From assembly GCF_009914755.1 (NCBI RefSeq), contig NC_060938.1: 64,000 nucleotides of DNA; one strand, given 5' to 3'. Positions 13,603 through 24,970 of this stretch are shown here, one piece after another. The notes beneath the pieces are model-generated. The model was not told the origin of the DNA. It saw only the letters and a list, made by a program, of their open reading frames with translations, and searched no databases. The position numbers were made by a program, and so were the translations under genes. Numbering within the stretch: the first letter of the stretch is position 1; each line of letters opens with the position of its first letter. Source of the stretch: the human T2T-CHM13v2.0 reference genome, Homo sapiens.

Positions 13603-15605
13603 TCTGGTTCTGATATCAGGGTAATGCTGATTGTGTAGAATTTGTTAGGGAGAATTCCCTCCTCTTCAATTTTTTTTGGAATTATTTGAGGATAATTGGT
13701 CATAGTTCTTCATTGAAAATTTGGTGGAATTCAGCAGTGAAGCTATTCAGTCCTAATTTTCTTCACTGGGAGACTTTTGATTCAATCTCTTCAATCTTAT
13801 TACTCGTTTCAAATTTTCTATTTCTTCCTGATTCAAATTTGATTGATTGTATGTGTCTAGGAATTTATTCATTTTTCTCTAGGAGTTTCTGATGATCTTT
13901 GTATTTCTGTACTATTCATTGTAATGTCTCATTTTTTTAGTTTGTTTGTATCTGGTTTTGTTTATTTTTTTCTTCTCTCTTTTTTTGTTAGACTAGTTTG
14001 TGGTTTATTGATTTTCTTTATATTTTCAACAAACCAACTTTCTGTTTTATTGGTTTTTATTCTAAATGTTTTTTTTTTTTAGTTCTGCTCTGATTTTTAT
14101 TATTTGTTTTCTTCTACCAATTTTGGGTTTGGTTTGTTCTGCTTTTCTAGTTCCTTGAAATGAACAATTAGTTTATTTGGAATCTTTCTACTTTTGTGAT
14201 GTAGATGTTTATTGCTATAAGTCTCCCTTTTATTACTACCTTTACTGAATTCCATGGGTTTTGGCATGTTGTGTTTTGATATTCATTCATTTCAAAAAAT
14301 TTTTTTATTTCTTTCTTGACCCAATGGTTATTTAGGAGCATGTTGTGTAATTTCCATGTATTTGTACAGTTTCCAAAGTTCCATTTATTGTTGATTTCTA
14401 GTTTTATTCTATTGTGGTCTGAAAAGATAATTGATATGAAATCAGTATTTAAAATTTTGATGAGACTTGTTTTGTGCCTTATTATGTGGGCTATTTTGGG
14501 TAATTTTTACTGTGCCGATGAAAGCGATGTGTATTCTGCACCTGTTGGATACATTTTGTGAATGTCTGTTTGGTCTGTTTAGTCTAAAGTCCAGCTTAAA
14601 TCCAATGTTTCTTTGTTGATCTTTTTATCTAGATAATCAGTATAATGCTGAGGGTGGGGTATGAAAGTCCCCAACAATTACTCTAATGAAGAGTGTATCT
14701 CCTTTTAGATCTAATAATATTTGCTTTATATATTTTGTGGCTCTGGTTTTGGGTGCATAGATATTTAGAATTGTTATATCCTTTTGCTAAATCAATCTTT
14801 TTATCATTATATAATGACCATCTTTGTGCCTATTTATTGTTTTCTACTTACAGACTGTTTATCTAACATAAGTATAGCTATTTCTGCTTGCTTTCAGTTT
14901 CCTTTTGAATGAAATATATTTTTACTTCTCTTTACTTTATGGCTATATGTGTTTTTAGAAGTGATAGGAGCCTCTAGTAGGTAGCACAGAGTTAGTTCAT
15001 ATTTTTTTAATCCATCCAGCCAGTCTAATCTTTAAGTGGAAAATTTAATTCATTTACACTCAAGGTTATTATTGATATGTGATGACTTATTTTCATCTTT
15101 TTGTTAATTGTTTTCTGATTGTTTCGTGTATCTCATGTTCATATCTTTCTCTCTTATTGTTTGCATTGGAGTTTCCTGTAGGGGTAACATTTTAGTCTTT
15201 TCCTCATTTGTGTATTTGTTCTACTACTAAGTTTTATGCTTTTATGTGTTTTCATAATGGTAGATAGTGATAGCCTTCTTTTGCTTCCAGGTGTAGGACT
15301 CCCTTAAGTATTTCTGGTAGGGCTGATCGATTGGGTGAAATCCTTCCGTTTTTTCCTGGTCTGGGAAAAACTTTTTCTCCTTCATTTGTGAAGGATAACT
15401 TTGTTGGGTATAGTATTTTTGACTGGCAGTTTTTTTTTTCTTTCAGCACTTTGGATATATCATTCCATTCTCCCCTAGCCTATAATTTTGCCGCTAAGAA
15501 ATCTACTTTTAGATTGATTAAATTATCTTACATGTGACTAGACATTTTTCTCTTGCTGATTTTAGAATTCTTTTTCTATGACTTGACAGTTTTACTCTAA
15601 TGTGC

Positions 15606-16043
15606 TGTGATGGTTAATACTGAGTGTCAACTTGATTGGATTGAAGGATACAAAATATTGATCCTAGGTGCATCTGTAAGGGTGTTACCAAGGGAGAGTA
15701 ACATTTGAGTCAGTGGGCTGGGAAAGACACACCCACCCTTAACATGGTTGGGCACAATCTAATCATAGTTGCCAGTGCTGCTAGAATATAAGCAGACAGG
15801 AATATGTGAAAAGTGAGACTGACCTCACCTCCCAGCCTATATCTTTCTCCTGTGCTGAATGCTTCCTGCCTTCACATATTGGACTCCAAGTTCTTCAGTT
15901 TTGAACCTCAGACTGGCTCTTTTTGTTCCTCAGCCTGCAGATGGCCTATTATAGGACCTTGTGATCATGTGAATTAATACTTAATAAACTCTCCTATATA
16001 TATTCCATTAATTCTGTTTCTCTAGAAAACCCTGACTAATATA
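15606..16043 (+). mobile_element. MLT2A solo LTR (ERVL)
   Basis: tgtgatggttaatactgagtgtcaac...ccctgactaatata; 5-bp TSD TGTGC at 15601-15605 and 16044-16048. Confidence 0.95.
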
Positions 16044-16273
16044 TGTGCCTTGGAGAAGTTTTTGGATTATATCTACTTAGGATTCTTGGTCTTCCTGTAT
16101 CTGAATGCGTAACTCTATTCTAGACTTGGAAAGTTTTTTGCTAATATTTCATTAAATAGGTTTTATATGCCTTTGACCTTCTCCTCACCTTCTAGAACAT
16201 GAAAATCTTGAATATTTGGTCACTTTATATTGTCCCATATGTCACATAGGTTTTTTTTCTTTTTTACTCTTTT

Positions 16274-16304
<31 letters not shown>

Positions 16305-18524
16305 TTTTGGTATGGCTGGGTTATTTCAAAAGACATGTTTAAATTCTGAGATTTTTCTTCTGCTTGATATAGTTTATTGTTGAAACTCTCAATTGTATTT
16401 TTAAATCTCAGTCATGGAATTATTCAATTACAATTCAGTTTGTTTCTTTTTAATAATATCTATCTCTTTGGTGAATTTCTTATTTATATCCTGAACTGTT
16501 TTTCTGATTTATTTGCATTCTTTATCTAGGTTCACTTGTATCTTTCTGAGCTTAACATTATTATTTTTTTCTTCAGGCATTTTATACATTTTTATTGGAA
16601 TCTGTTATTGAATAATTATTGTGTTCCTTTGGTGGTATTATATTTTTTTTTTGCTTTTTCATGTTTCTTGTGTCCTTACATTGACATCAGCACATTTGGT
16701 GTAACAGTCACTTTTTTTCCAATTTTTTGGATTGGGTTTTATAAGGGAAAACTTTTTCCTGTCGATATGTCTATGGTGTTGGCTGGGTAAGGTACTTTAG
16801 CTTTGATTTTTGGTGTGTGTAGAACTGTAGCCTCTGCATGATTTCTTTGTCTTTAAACAATATCAGTAGTGTTTGTAAATGTCTCAGTGACTTAAGCTGC
16901 AGTTCTTAGTGGAAGCTGCGGTGAGGCTTTGCTGGAGATGGGGATGCCAGGTAGGCTAGTCCTTGGGCCCCAGTTGTACCTGCAGTAGACTGTGTTCCTG
17001 TCTTTGAACCAGTGGACATCAGACGTGATCACTGGTGTTAGCAGGTCTATGTGCCCTAATTCTTGAGCCTCCAGGTGGCTTACTTGGTTACTGGCAGTGG
17101 CTTCAGTGGGCCAAGTAGGTTGATCATTCCTTGGAATCTATAGCAGCATGTGTGGCATAGACAATGGCAGTGGTGGCATTACCCTTGGGCTTCCAAGAGG
17201 CACACACTTATGTTAATTACAGCTAAAATGGGGAGGGTGAGTGAGTCCCAGTTGGTACACGCAGGTAGATGCTGGCCATAGTAGTAGTTGCAGCCTGGTT
17301 GCCCCATCCTCAGGCACCCAGGAGAAGTTCACAGATGCCAGCAGTGGTGGCTGGGTGTGAAGATCCCCAGGCTCCTTGACAGCATACTCAGCATACTTAG
17401 GCACTGGTAGCAGGTGTTCTGGGCCAGTTGTTAGGCCCCTGGTGTTGCACACTCATGCTTGGGGCTACCAAAATGCCAGGGTAATGCCCAGATCTCCTGG
17501 TGGACTGCTTAGCCACTGAATGGAGGCAGTGCCAGGCTGGGTGATTCTGTCCTTACACAGCCCCAGTGTTGTGCATGTGTGTAGGTTGTGGTGAGCAGAG
17601 AAACCACATGTAGACAATTCCTGCAGCCAGGATAAAGAATTTTAGTGATTTTCTCTGCATGCCACAATCTATAAAACTGTGAGAAGCACTGCTTTAGGGA
17701 ATCTGAAAAATTCAATTACTTTATGAAAGATAGTATAAATGGATACACAATTACTTTATTTGCTTATATTTATCAAATAGTTATTATTTAAAATATATAT
17801 TTATTAAAATTTATTATTTAATAGTCATGTATTAGATTTTTCCACAGCACATATTTAAAATTATATATATGTATGTGTTTGTGTGTATGATTATGACTCA
17901 TTAATGTTTAATAAAGGCATACCTAAGCTATATCCCAGGGAAATGAAAATGTTGCCAAGAATATATTTTAAAATAACTTTAAAAAAGCAAACCAGAGGCA
18001 TAGCTTAAGGGCAATAACAGTCATCTTACAGACAAATTGGTGTTGAATTTTTATCTATTATATATAAAAAGAAAAAGAAAAGCATATTGATGAATGGCTG
18101 TTAGTACATAGCTCGGAGAGAATGAATCTAAAATAGTACTGGGAAAATATTAACCTACTTCACCTTAATTGTTGATGAAAGATTTAGGCACGCCTCAGGT
18201 CTTGCTTAACATGCAAATTATAAAAGTAAGGTGTTCTTATATCTGCGAAATACATCAATAAACTCTGTATTTTCCCAAGTGTTACAACTTGCTATAATAC
18301 TATGGTATTTATTATACCTGTAAAAGATAAAAATGATGATTGAAATAGTTATCCACATGATTCTGGAAATAACATGTGTGTCTGTTTTGCCTTAAGTTTT
18401 GTGTTGGGTTTTGTTTTGTTTTGAGTGAGTGTATCATATCCTGGATAATAGATAATATCCATATTAGAAATATGTCTAATATGACTTGTTTATTTTACTT
18501 GTAGGTAAACTTATTTATGGAATA

Positions 18525-18640
18525 ATAGAATCTTAGAACTGGAAGGCATCATCTATCTCTGTCCCTTGTATAGCTATGAAAATCAAGCTGAAAATAGGTG
18601 AAGTAATTTCTTCACACTTTAACCTCTCTAATTTTTATGT
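18525..18640 (-). mobile_element. MIR3-like fragment
   Basis: tagaatcttagaactggaagg...gtgaagtaattt. Confidence 0.45.
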
Positions 18641-18714
18641 AGCCTCCCTTCATGTCATTGAGAATAATGAGAGTAGATCTCAATTTTCTTCAGCATATAA
18701 GGACAATGAAACAA

Positions 18715-18960
18715 GAGTTAATATCCACTGAATATGAACATATGCAAGGCACTGTTCAAGGTGCTTTACACATTTTATCATTCAGCCCTAGCAACAATAC
18801 AAACGGTTTGAAAATAACATCAATATTTCACAAAAGAGGAACCTTAATCTATCAGTGAAATTTTGTGTATGATAACCAATTTGCAGCTACTAAGAAGCAG
18901 AGGTAAAATTTGAAGCAATGACATCTGGTTCTCTAGATCTGATTTTCTAACCACAGTAAA
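18715..18960 (-). mobile_element. MIR
   Basis: tatgcaaggcactgttcaaggtgctttacac...agcagaggtaaaatttgaa...ctaaccac. Confidence 0.75.
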
Positions 18961-19095
18961 AAACCCTTTCCATGTGCTCAATATGGTATTAGTGACAATT
19001 CTTCAGCTATAACCCTTTCTATTCCACTTTTACAGAAACATATATGATAGTTCATCAGCAAAAGGAAAAGTTTAAGATTGTAAGAGTGGTAACTG

Positions 19096-19130
<35 letters not shown>

Positions 19131-19163
19131 ACAGGGAGAGAGAGAGAGAGGAATAGAGAGAGA
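19096..19163. repeat. Compound (TG)n-(AG)n microsatellite
   Basis: Visible directly in the sequence. Confidence 0.9.
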
Positions 19164-19342
19164 TTCATAATTGGAGCTACTTAATTTCAGTTTATTTATC
19201 AAAATGATACAAGACACCAGTTTAAAAGTGAGAAATGTGTTTAATTAGAGCTCATTGATTATGCCTGAGTACTTAAAGCACCAGATTTTAAGGACAGTCA
19301 TCCCTCTCAAGAGGTGATCTGAAACCTGAAGTGTTTATGAAA

Positions 19343-19458
19343 GCTGGAGCCCAGGAGTTCAAGACTGCGGTGAGCTATGAGCTTGCCCTGCACTCCAGCC
19401 TGGGTGAGAAAATAAGACAAGACCCCATCCTTAAAACAAACAAATAAATAAATAAAAT
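19343..19458 (+). mobile_element. 5'-truncated AluJ/FRAM right-arm fragment
   Basis: gagcccaggagttcaagactgcggtgagctatga...cactccagcctggg followed by an A-rich tail. Confidence 0.85.
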
Positions 19459-20854
19459 TTGTATTAAAAGCTGAGACTTTCATTTTTACTGATTAAAAAC
19501 TTTTACCTTTGAGATTTAAAAGGCTGATTCTTCACATTACTGTTTACTTTTTTATAACCAGAATCCCAGATTTCCCAGATGATTCATTATCACAAAGATG
19601 CTTATTACCATACTCCTTTTATATTATTTAATCTGATCCTAGTAAACTTCACTTTCTGCTAGCCCAAACCTTTCTACTCTGACCTCTGAAGTGCAATATA
19701 TTTTTCCAATTTTATTTTCTGCTATGGTGACAGCTCACATCGTAACACAGTAAGGTCAGAACAGTGACAATTAGTGGGGTAAGACCATTCAACTCAAACA
19801 TACAAATTCAATCACTTGATGCATTCTGGAGAAATATGTCACTGTAGAGGAAGAGTATTCTAACAAAAAAGTAGTATTCTCAACTACAAATCCCCAAAAA
19901 AACCTGAAGTATACATTTTTTTCTTATTTTTAAATGGTAAAAGAGAGATTTCCAGTGTTGTTCTTTTTACATACAATGAACACTTTGGTAGTTGTGGAAG
20001 AGAATATTACCCTAACTGTAGAACAGAATTCCAAATGCCCCCAGATAGTTCGGTTGGTCCATCACCAATATTTTTTTAAGGAACTGGCATTTTTTTATGT
20101 TCTAAGTCTATCTCATATTGTATACACACATGCACACACACACATACACTTTAAGTTACACACATGTTGTGTATACAGATGTGCATGTGTGTATGTATAG
20201 GCCATTTGGCCAATTAACTTCATTTCCTTCCAGTCTACATATCTATGATAGAATAATAGACCCTATCATCCTATTATCATCTAGAATTATTTCATCCCTA
20301 AAATTCATTTCTAAAACTATTCTTCTCCCTCCGTGGCCATTTCACTATCTATTGGTCTGATCTTCATTCTAATTATACTTGTATTATTCCCATACCCTAC
20401 AACTGGACTTTTTTTTTTTCATAATCTGCACAAAGCCCCAATGTACCATCAATCCAATGGCTGTTTTGCTAATACTTGTTCTCCTTAACTCTGGTATTCC
20501 ATTATTTTACCAGAAAGAATCTCATCCCCAATTGATTCAAGTTTCATCATATGTGTTTTTTCGCACAAAAATGATACATGCATCAAGAGAAAATTACAAA
20601 ATATATGTGTTCAATGTTTTAAGAAATACAATTTTAATCCAAATGATAAAATAATGAGAAATATAAAAACAATCTTGCTAGCAAAAGCAGGAAAGTACAT
20701 TAGTTTTCTCAGTTGCTCACTTATTTGCATGTGAAATAGGATCCCAATAATCTGTTGCAAAAGTAGAAAGAGTATGAGATGTGTGGTACACAGAAAATAT
20801 TAATGGACATGGGAAAAACAGAAGTTATGTTTTATTTCTATATAAAATATAAAT

Positions 20855-21150
20855 TACCGTTGACTGTTGTTACTTCTATTTTCAGTGAGGTATGTTCTCA
20901 GATTTTCTGAGAACACAGCAGAACAAGAGAGACAAATAGCATTTACCCTCAAGAAGCTTAGAATCTATGAGGAAACAGAGGTACTTTTAAAGGATAGAAA
21001 TTATAAAAATAATTATCCATTTATAGTTGTAATAAGTTCCTCAAAGCAAAAGCAGAGTGTACAGTGAGAGCATGAAATATAGACGACTGACTTAACCTGG
21101 GGTAATTTCCTGAAAATTGATGGAAAAAAGTTGCTAGTTAGAAGAAAAAT
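20855..21150 (-). mobile_element. L2 3' fragment
   Basis: gaacacagcagaacaagagagaca...ccctcaagaagcttagaatcta resembles the antisense L2 3' end. Confidence 0.6.
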
Positions 21151-21412
21151 ATTATGGGGAAGGAGAAAAGAATATTGCAGCAATTAAGCTTAGCATGTAA
21201 GAAGACAATAAAACAGGAAGGAGTTTGCTTGCAAGCAAACAAACTAGGCTCCTGGAAACAGTGATCAAGGGGAAAGGGTGTTTCTGAGGACTCTGGGTGA
21301 TTGACAGGAGGCATGTTGTAAAGTTATCTTTACACTTTTTAAAAATTTGGAACACATAACAGGAAGATATTTACACTACAAGCATTTGAATAAGATTGAA
21401 ATATCTACATGT

Positions 21413-21826
<414 letters not shown>

Positions 21827-21899
21827 TTAGAAACTTGTTAGTAGATTATTGCAATACTTCCATGTAAAAAAAAAAAAGATAAATTGTTTCTTAGAGAGA

Positions 21900-22100
21900 G
21901 TGCAGATAGTGATGGTCTTTCTTTTTCCTATGCGTATCTGGATGTAATGCTTGAAACAGCTGCAGCCATCCTGCAATCCGCTGAGGATGAAGCCACACAA
22001 AGAATGAGCAAGCAAAAAGAAAGAAAGAACCTAAGTCTTACATAATGTCATTGAGTCCTAGAATCAATTAAGCCTGACGCTGCACTAGGATTTCTAGCAA
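21900..22100 (+). mobile_element. LTR16/LTR33-like ERVL LTR fragment
   Basis: ggatgtaatgcttgaaacagctgcagccatcctg...aaagaacctaagtc...gtcattgagtc. Confidence 0.6.
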
Positions 22101-22220
22101 CCAGAATTGAGGCCTAGTAAAAAGACCTCTGTGGTAGCATACAGACTTTAGCGAAAGCTGAACAACTGAAATTTCTTCAGAAGTTAAGATTTCTTCCTGT
22201 GTTAGAAACTTCCATAGAGA

Positions 22221-22955
22221 GTTATAAGCAATGCCTTGAAAGTTTAGAATTTGAACTAATCCTATTCAAATCTAGAGTATCAGACGCTGTCTTGATCAGA
22301 GGCTCAGGCTTGATCTTATAAATGAAAGGCCATTATAAATAGGCAATTATAAAGAACACTGGTTTACAGTTAGAAATTAATAAAATATATTCTTTCTATC
22401 TGAAGCTCCTATAAAATGAAAGACTGAAAAAATATATTGGATATGTCAAAATCCAAGAGAAATAGTTGATGATGATAATGACGTGATTTAGTGTCCTGGA
22501 TTTTCTCTTTACAAGTCCAGAATTAGCATGAAACAAATACCTTGCACTTGGGAGCTATTCTATATTTGTTGTTCAGGGCGATCTTACAGATTGTGAAGTT
22601 GATGAACTCCTCCAGACAATCAGGGTCCAACAGAAGCACTGACTTAAACTTATCAGAGAAGAATTAGCACAGCTAAAAAATCAAATATTGAGTGAATCTT
22701 AGTAAGAATTGATGAATCAAGAGCACTCAATGAAGAAGGAAAGATTTGCAGAGAGCTATGACAGTAAGTCACCAAGAAATTGACATGGAAGATGAAGAAG
22801 CAGGTCTCCATGAGGGTATTTAGCTCAGTATGCAAGATAGTTTCAGAATATATTTCAAGATAGTTTCAGAATATGTTTCAAGATACTCCACAGACATCAG
22901 GTATAAATATTATTTCAGAAGAGCTACAGAAGAGAAGAGAAGCCTACTTAGAAAA
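22221..22955 (+). pseudogene. ATXN3: Processed pseudogene (retrocopy) of ataxin-3; symbol given is the parent gene
   Basis: Manual translation gives VISNALKV*, NYKEHWFTVR, YSIFVVQGDLTDCEVDELLQTIRVQQKH*LKLIREELAQLK, DLQRAMTVSHQEIDMEDEEAGLHEGI*LSMQ, QTSGINIISEELQKRREAYLEK*. These are collinear with ataxin-3 residues ~79-291 (C-terminal Josephin domain, UIM1-2), with no large introns and several stops and frameshifts. Confidence 0.93.
22833..22885. repeat. 23-bp tandem duplication inside the ATXN3 retrocopy
   Basis: caagatagtttcagaatat(a/g)ttt twice, plus a partial third copy. Confidence 0.95.
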
Positions 22956-22981
22956 GTAATTACTTTAAAAAATTAAAATTA

Positions 22982-23040
22982 TATAGATACATAGATAGCT
23001 AAATAGCTAGATAGGTAGATGCTTAGATACATAGATGTAG
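22982..23040. repeat. Degenerate (GATA)n
   Basis: tagatacatagatagctaaatagctagataggtagat. Confidence 0.7.
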
Positions 23041-23250
23041 GCTTGGGATATAATGGCAGCAATTGATCTCTGGTCAGAGCAAATTGATTGGAAAGGAGCA
23101 TGAAGAAGCTTTTTGGCGTGATGAAATATTGTATGCCTTGATCGGATTGGTAATTATATTGGAGTATAAATTTATCAAATTCAAACCTTACAATTAAACT
23201 ATGTACATCTTAGTATGTAAGTTATGCTTCAGTAAACGAAAATTTTGAAA
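23041..23250 (+). mobile_element. L1MC/ME 3' end
   Basis: gattggaaaggagcatgaagaagctttttggcgtgatgaaatatt...gtatgtaagttatgcttcagtaaa. Confidence 0.65.
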
Positions 23251-23439
23251 AAGTTAATTTATTTCATGTAAAAAGTTGACAAAGAAAGAGAGGAAAAATA
23301 AGTATGATTCAACTTCTGTTGCCTCAATAACTGTTCTGAAGAGTAATTTCAGTGAGGAAAGATAAAGCTTGGTGATGTGTGGTAGATTAGGGGAGAGGAT
23401 TTTTTCACTTATTGAACTTTTTGTTCCTGAGATTATACA

Positions 23440-24290
23440 GAGAGACATAAGGAATTGGATCTCAGAGAAAATTGTAGTTCAGTTATAATCCTGGAAAGAC
23501 TGACGTATGTGGTAATTGACAACCTAGGGATAATGTTGTGTGTGATGAATGTGTCTAGAGTTAGAATACAACAATGAACAGAGAAAAAAACCTAAATTCA
23601 GATCTGGGGGACTTTCAATATTTTAACATTAGGCCAGAAAGAGAGACTAATTAGGCAGCAGCCATAATGATGAGAGAAAAACAATTTAAATCTCAGCTTT
23701 CAATAAGGAGAAAATGACCAAATCAATTAGGTCTAATAAAAATACAGAATTAATGAAGACCAAAAAGTGTCCAATACTTTTAGGAAATTGGAAGTTATTA
23801 ATGATTTCAAGTTTAGTAGCTGCAAGGGTATGTCATATACAGGGAAGCCTATAATTCTTAAGTCTAGAGATATCAGAGAATGTTTAAATGCTGATGGAAG
23901 TTATCCAGTACAAAGTAAGAGGATTAAAGATACAGGATAGCAAGAGATAGATAAAGGTTTAACCTTATTGAAAGAAAACAAGGGGCTAAGATTCAGAAGA
24001 AAAGTAACATACGAGACTAGAGACGGGCATTTTTTTTTCATTTTTATTGGAGGAAATAATAATGATAAGTAGAGATTAAGGTAAATGTGTTGATTTGAAG
24101 CCAAAATTGCAGAAGTTTTAACTGGATTACTTTTATTTTCTAAATGAAGCGCATTACAAGGTCACCTTCACAGTGTATGGTTAGAAAGTGAACACAGTAC
24201 GGTTGGTCTGATAGCTCCAGGGAGATGGGGGAGTGAGCTAATGACAGATTACCTTGTAGAACTGAGGATATGTTTGAACTCTTCAGTGAA
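23440..24290 (-). mobile_element. L2 fragments
   Basis: Purine-rich degenerate L2-like text (aagtgtccaatacttttaggaaattggaagttattaatga). Confidence 0.45.
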
Positions 24291-24489
24291 TTTCTTTACA
24301 TTTTTACAACATATAAATACACGGGGATAAATGCAACTAAAGTTCAAGTGTGGCTTTTTCTTAGACAATAACATTTTAGTTACCTAGAATTTCCATATGG
24401 AAATAGAAGGATTTGCTTGTCACACTAATATTTTGTGCATATTGACTAAATATTTATAATGATGTGTTAAAAGTATATCTGGGGGATTT

Positions 24490-24970
24490 TAATTGGTGGA
24501 GGCAACCTAGTGCCAAAATAAAAAGGTCAATGCCATTGAAAGAAGATTTTATTACTCACATTTCCCAAGAGAAGGAGACATGCCAGGCCATATAGGACCA
24601 CAAAGGAAATTCCAGGTTTGGTCAGCCAGAAGCAGGAGCAAGGGAGAAGCCTACACCAAATCCTTTATTGGGGTTTCTGCGGGAAAGGTAAAGCATGGCA
24701 AAGTAAACTGTTAAGAATTGGCTGGCTTGAATAATTTCCATGGGCAGTAGGGGTGATCTCCACTGGAAACTAATCCGCCAGTGATTTAGGGCAGGGAAAG
24801 TCTTGGGGTGTGAGAGTTAAGGAGGTGGTTTGGACTACAAGATTGGGATTGGTTGGTTTGCATATAAAAGACATGCTCCTACCTAGCCAACCCTTTTGCC
24901 ATCTGGAATTGGCTAGACCTGGGAGTGGCAGTCTATCAACTGATAGCAAGTTCTTTTAGATGTCAAAAAC
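24490..24970 (-). mobile_element. ERVL-type LTR (MER76/MER54-like)
   Basis: tttattactcacatttcccaagagaagg...cctttattggggtttctgcgggaaagg; subfamily uncertain. Confidence 0.55.

Larger units (their letters stand above)
13191..17640 (-). mobile_element. Older L1 (L1MA/L1M2-3-like): 5' UTR, ORF1 and 5' half of ORF2
   Basis: ORF fragments [13 protein letters not shown]...[10 protein letters not shown] and MLKEKKNCQSKILYPTKLSF; GC-richer UTR at 16750-17640; interrupted by MLT2A. Confidence 0.85.

Noticed and set aside
20122-20194. 15-bp inverted repeat atacacacatgcaca / tgtgcatgtgtgtat
   Set aside because: Expected from adjacent CA and TG low-complexity tracts; no support for a structured RNA
22221-22955. 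Possibility that this is functional ATXN3 or the ATXN3L retrogene
   Set aside because: No Cys14 region, several stops and frameshifts, no introns, no polyQ region
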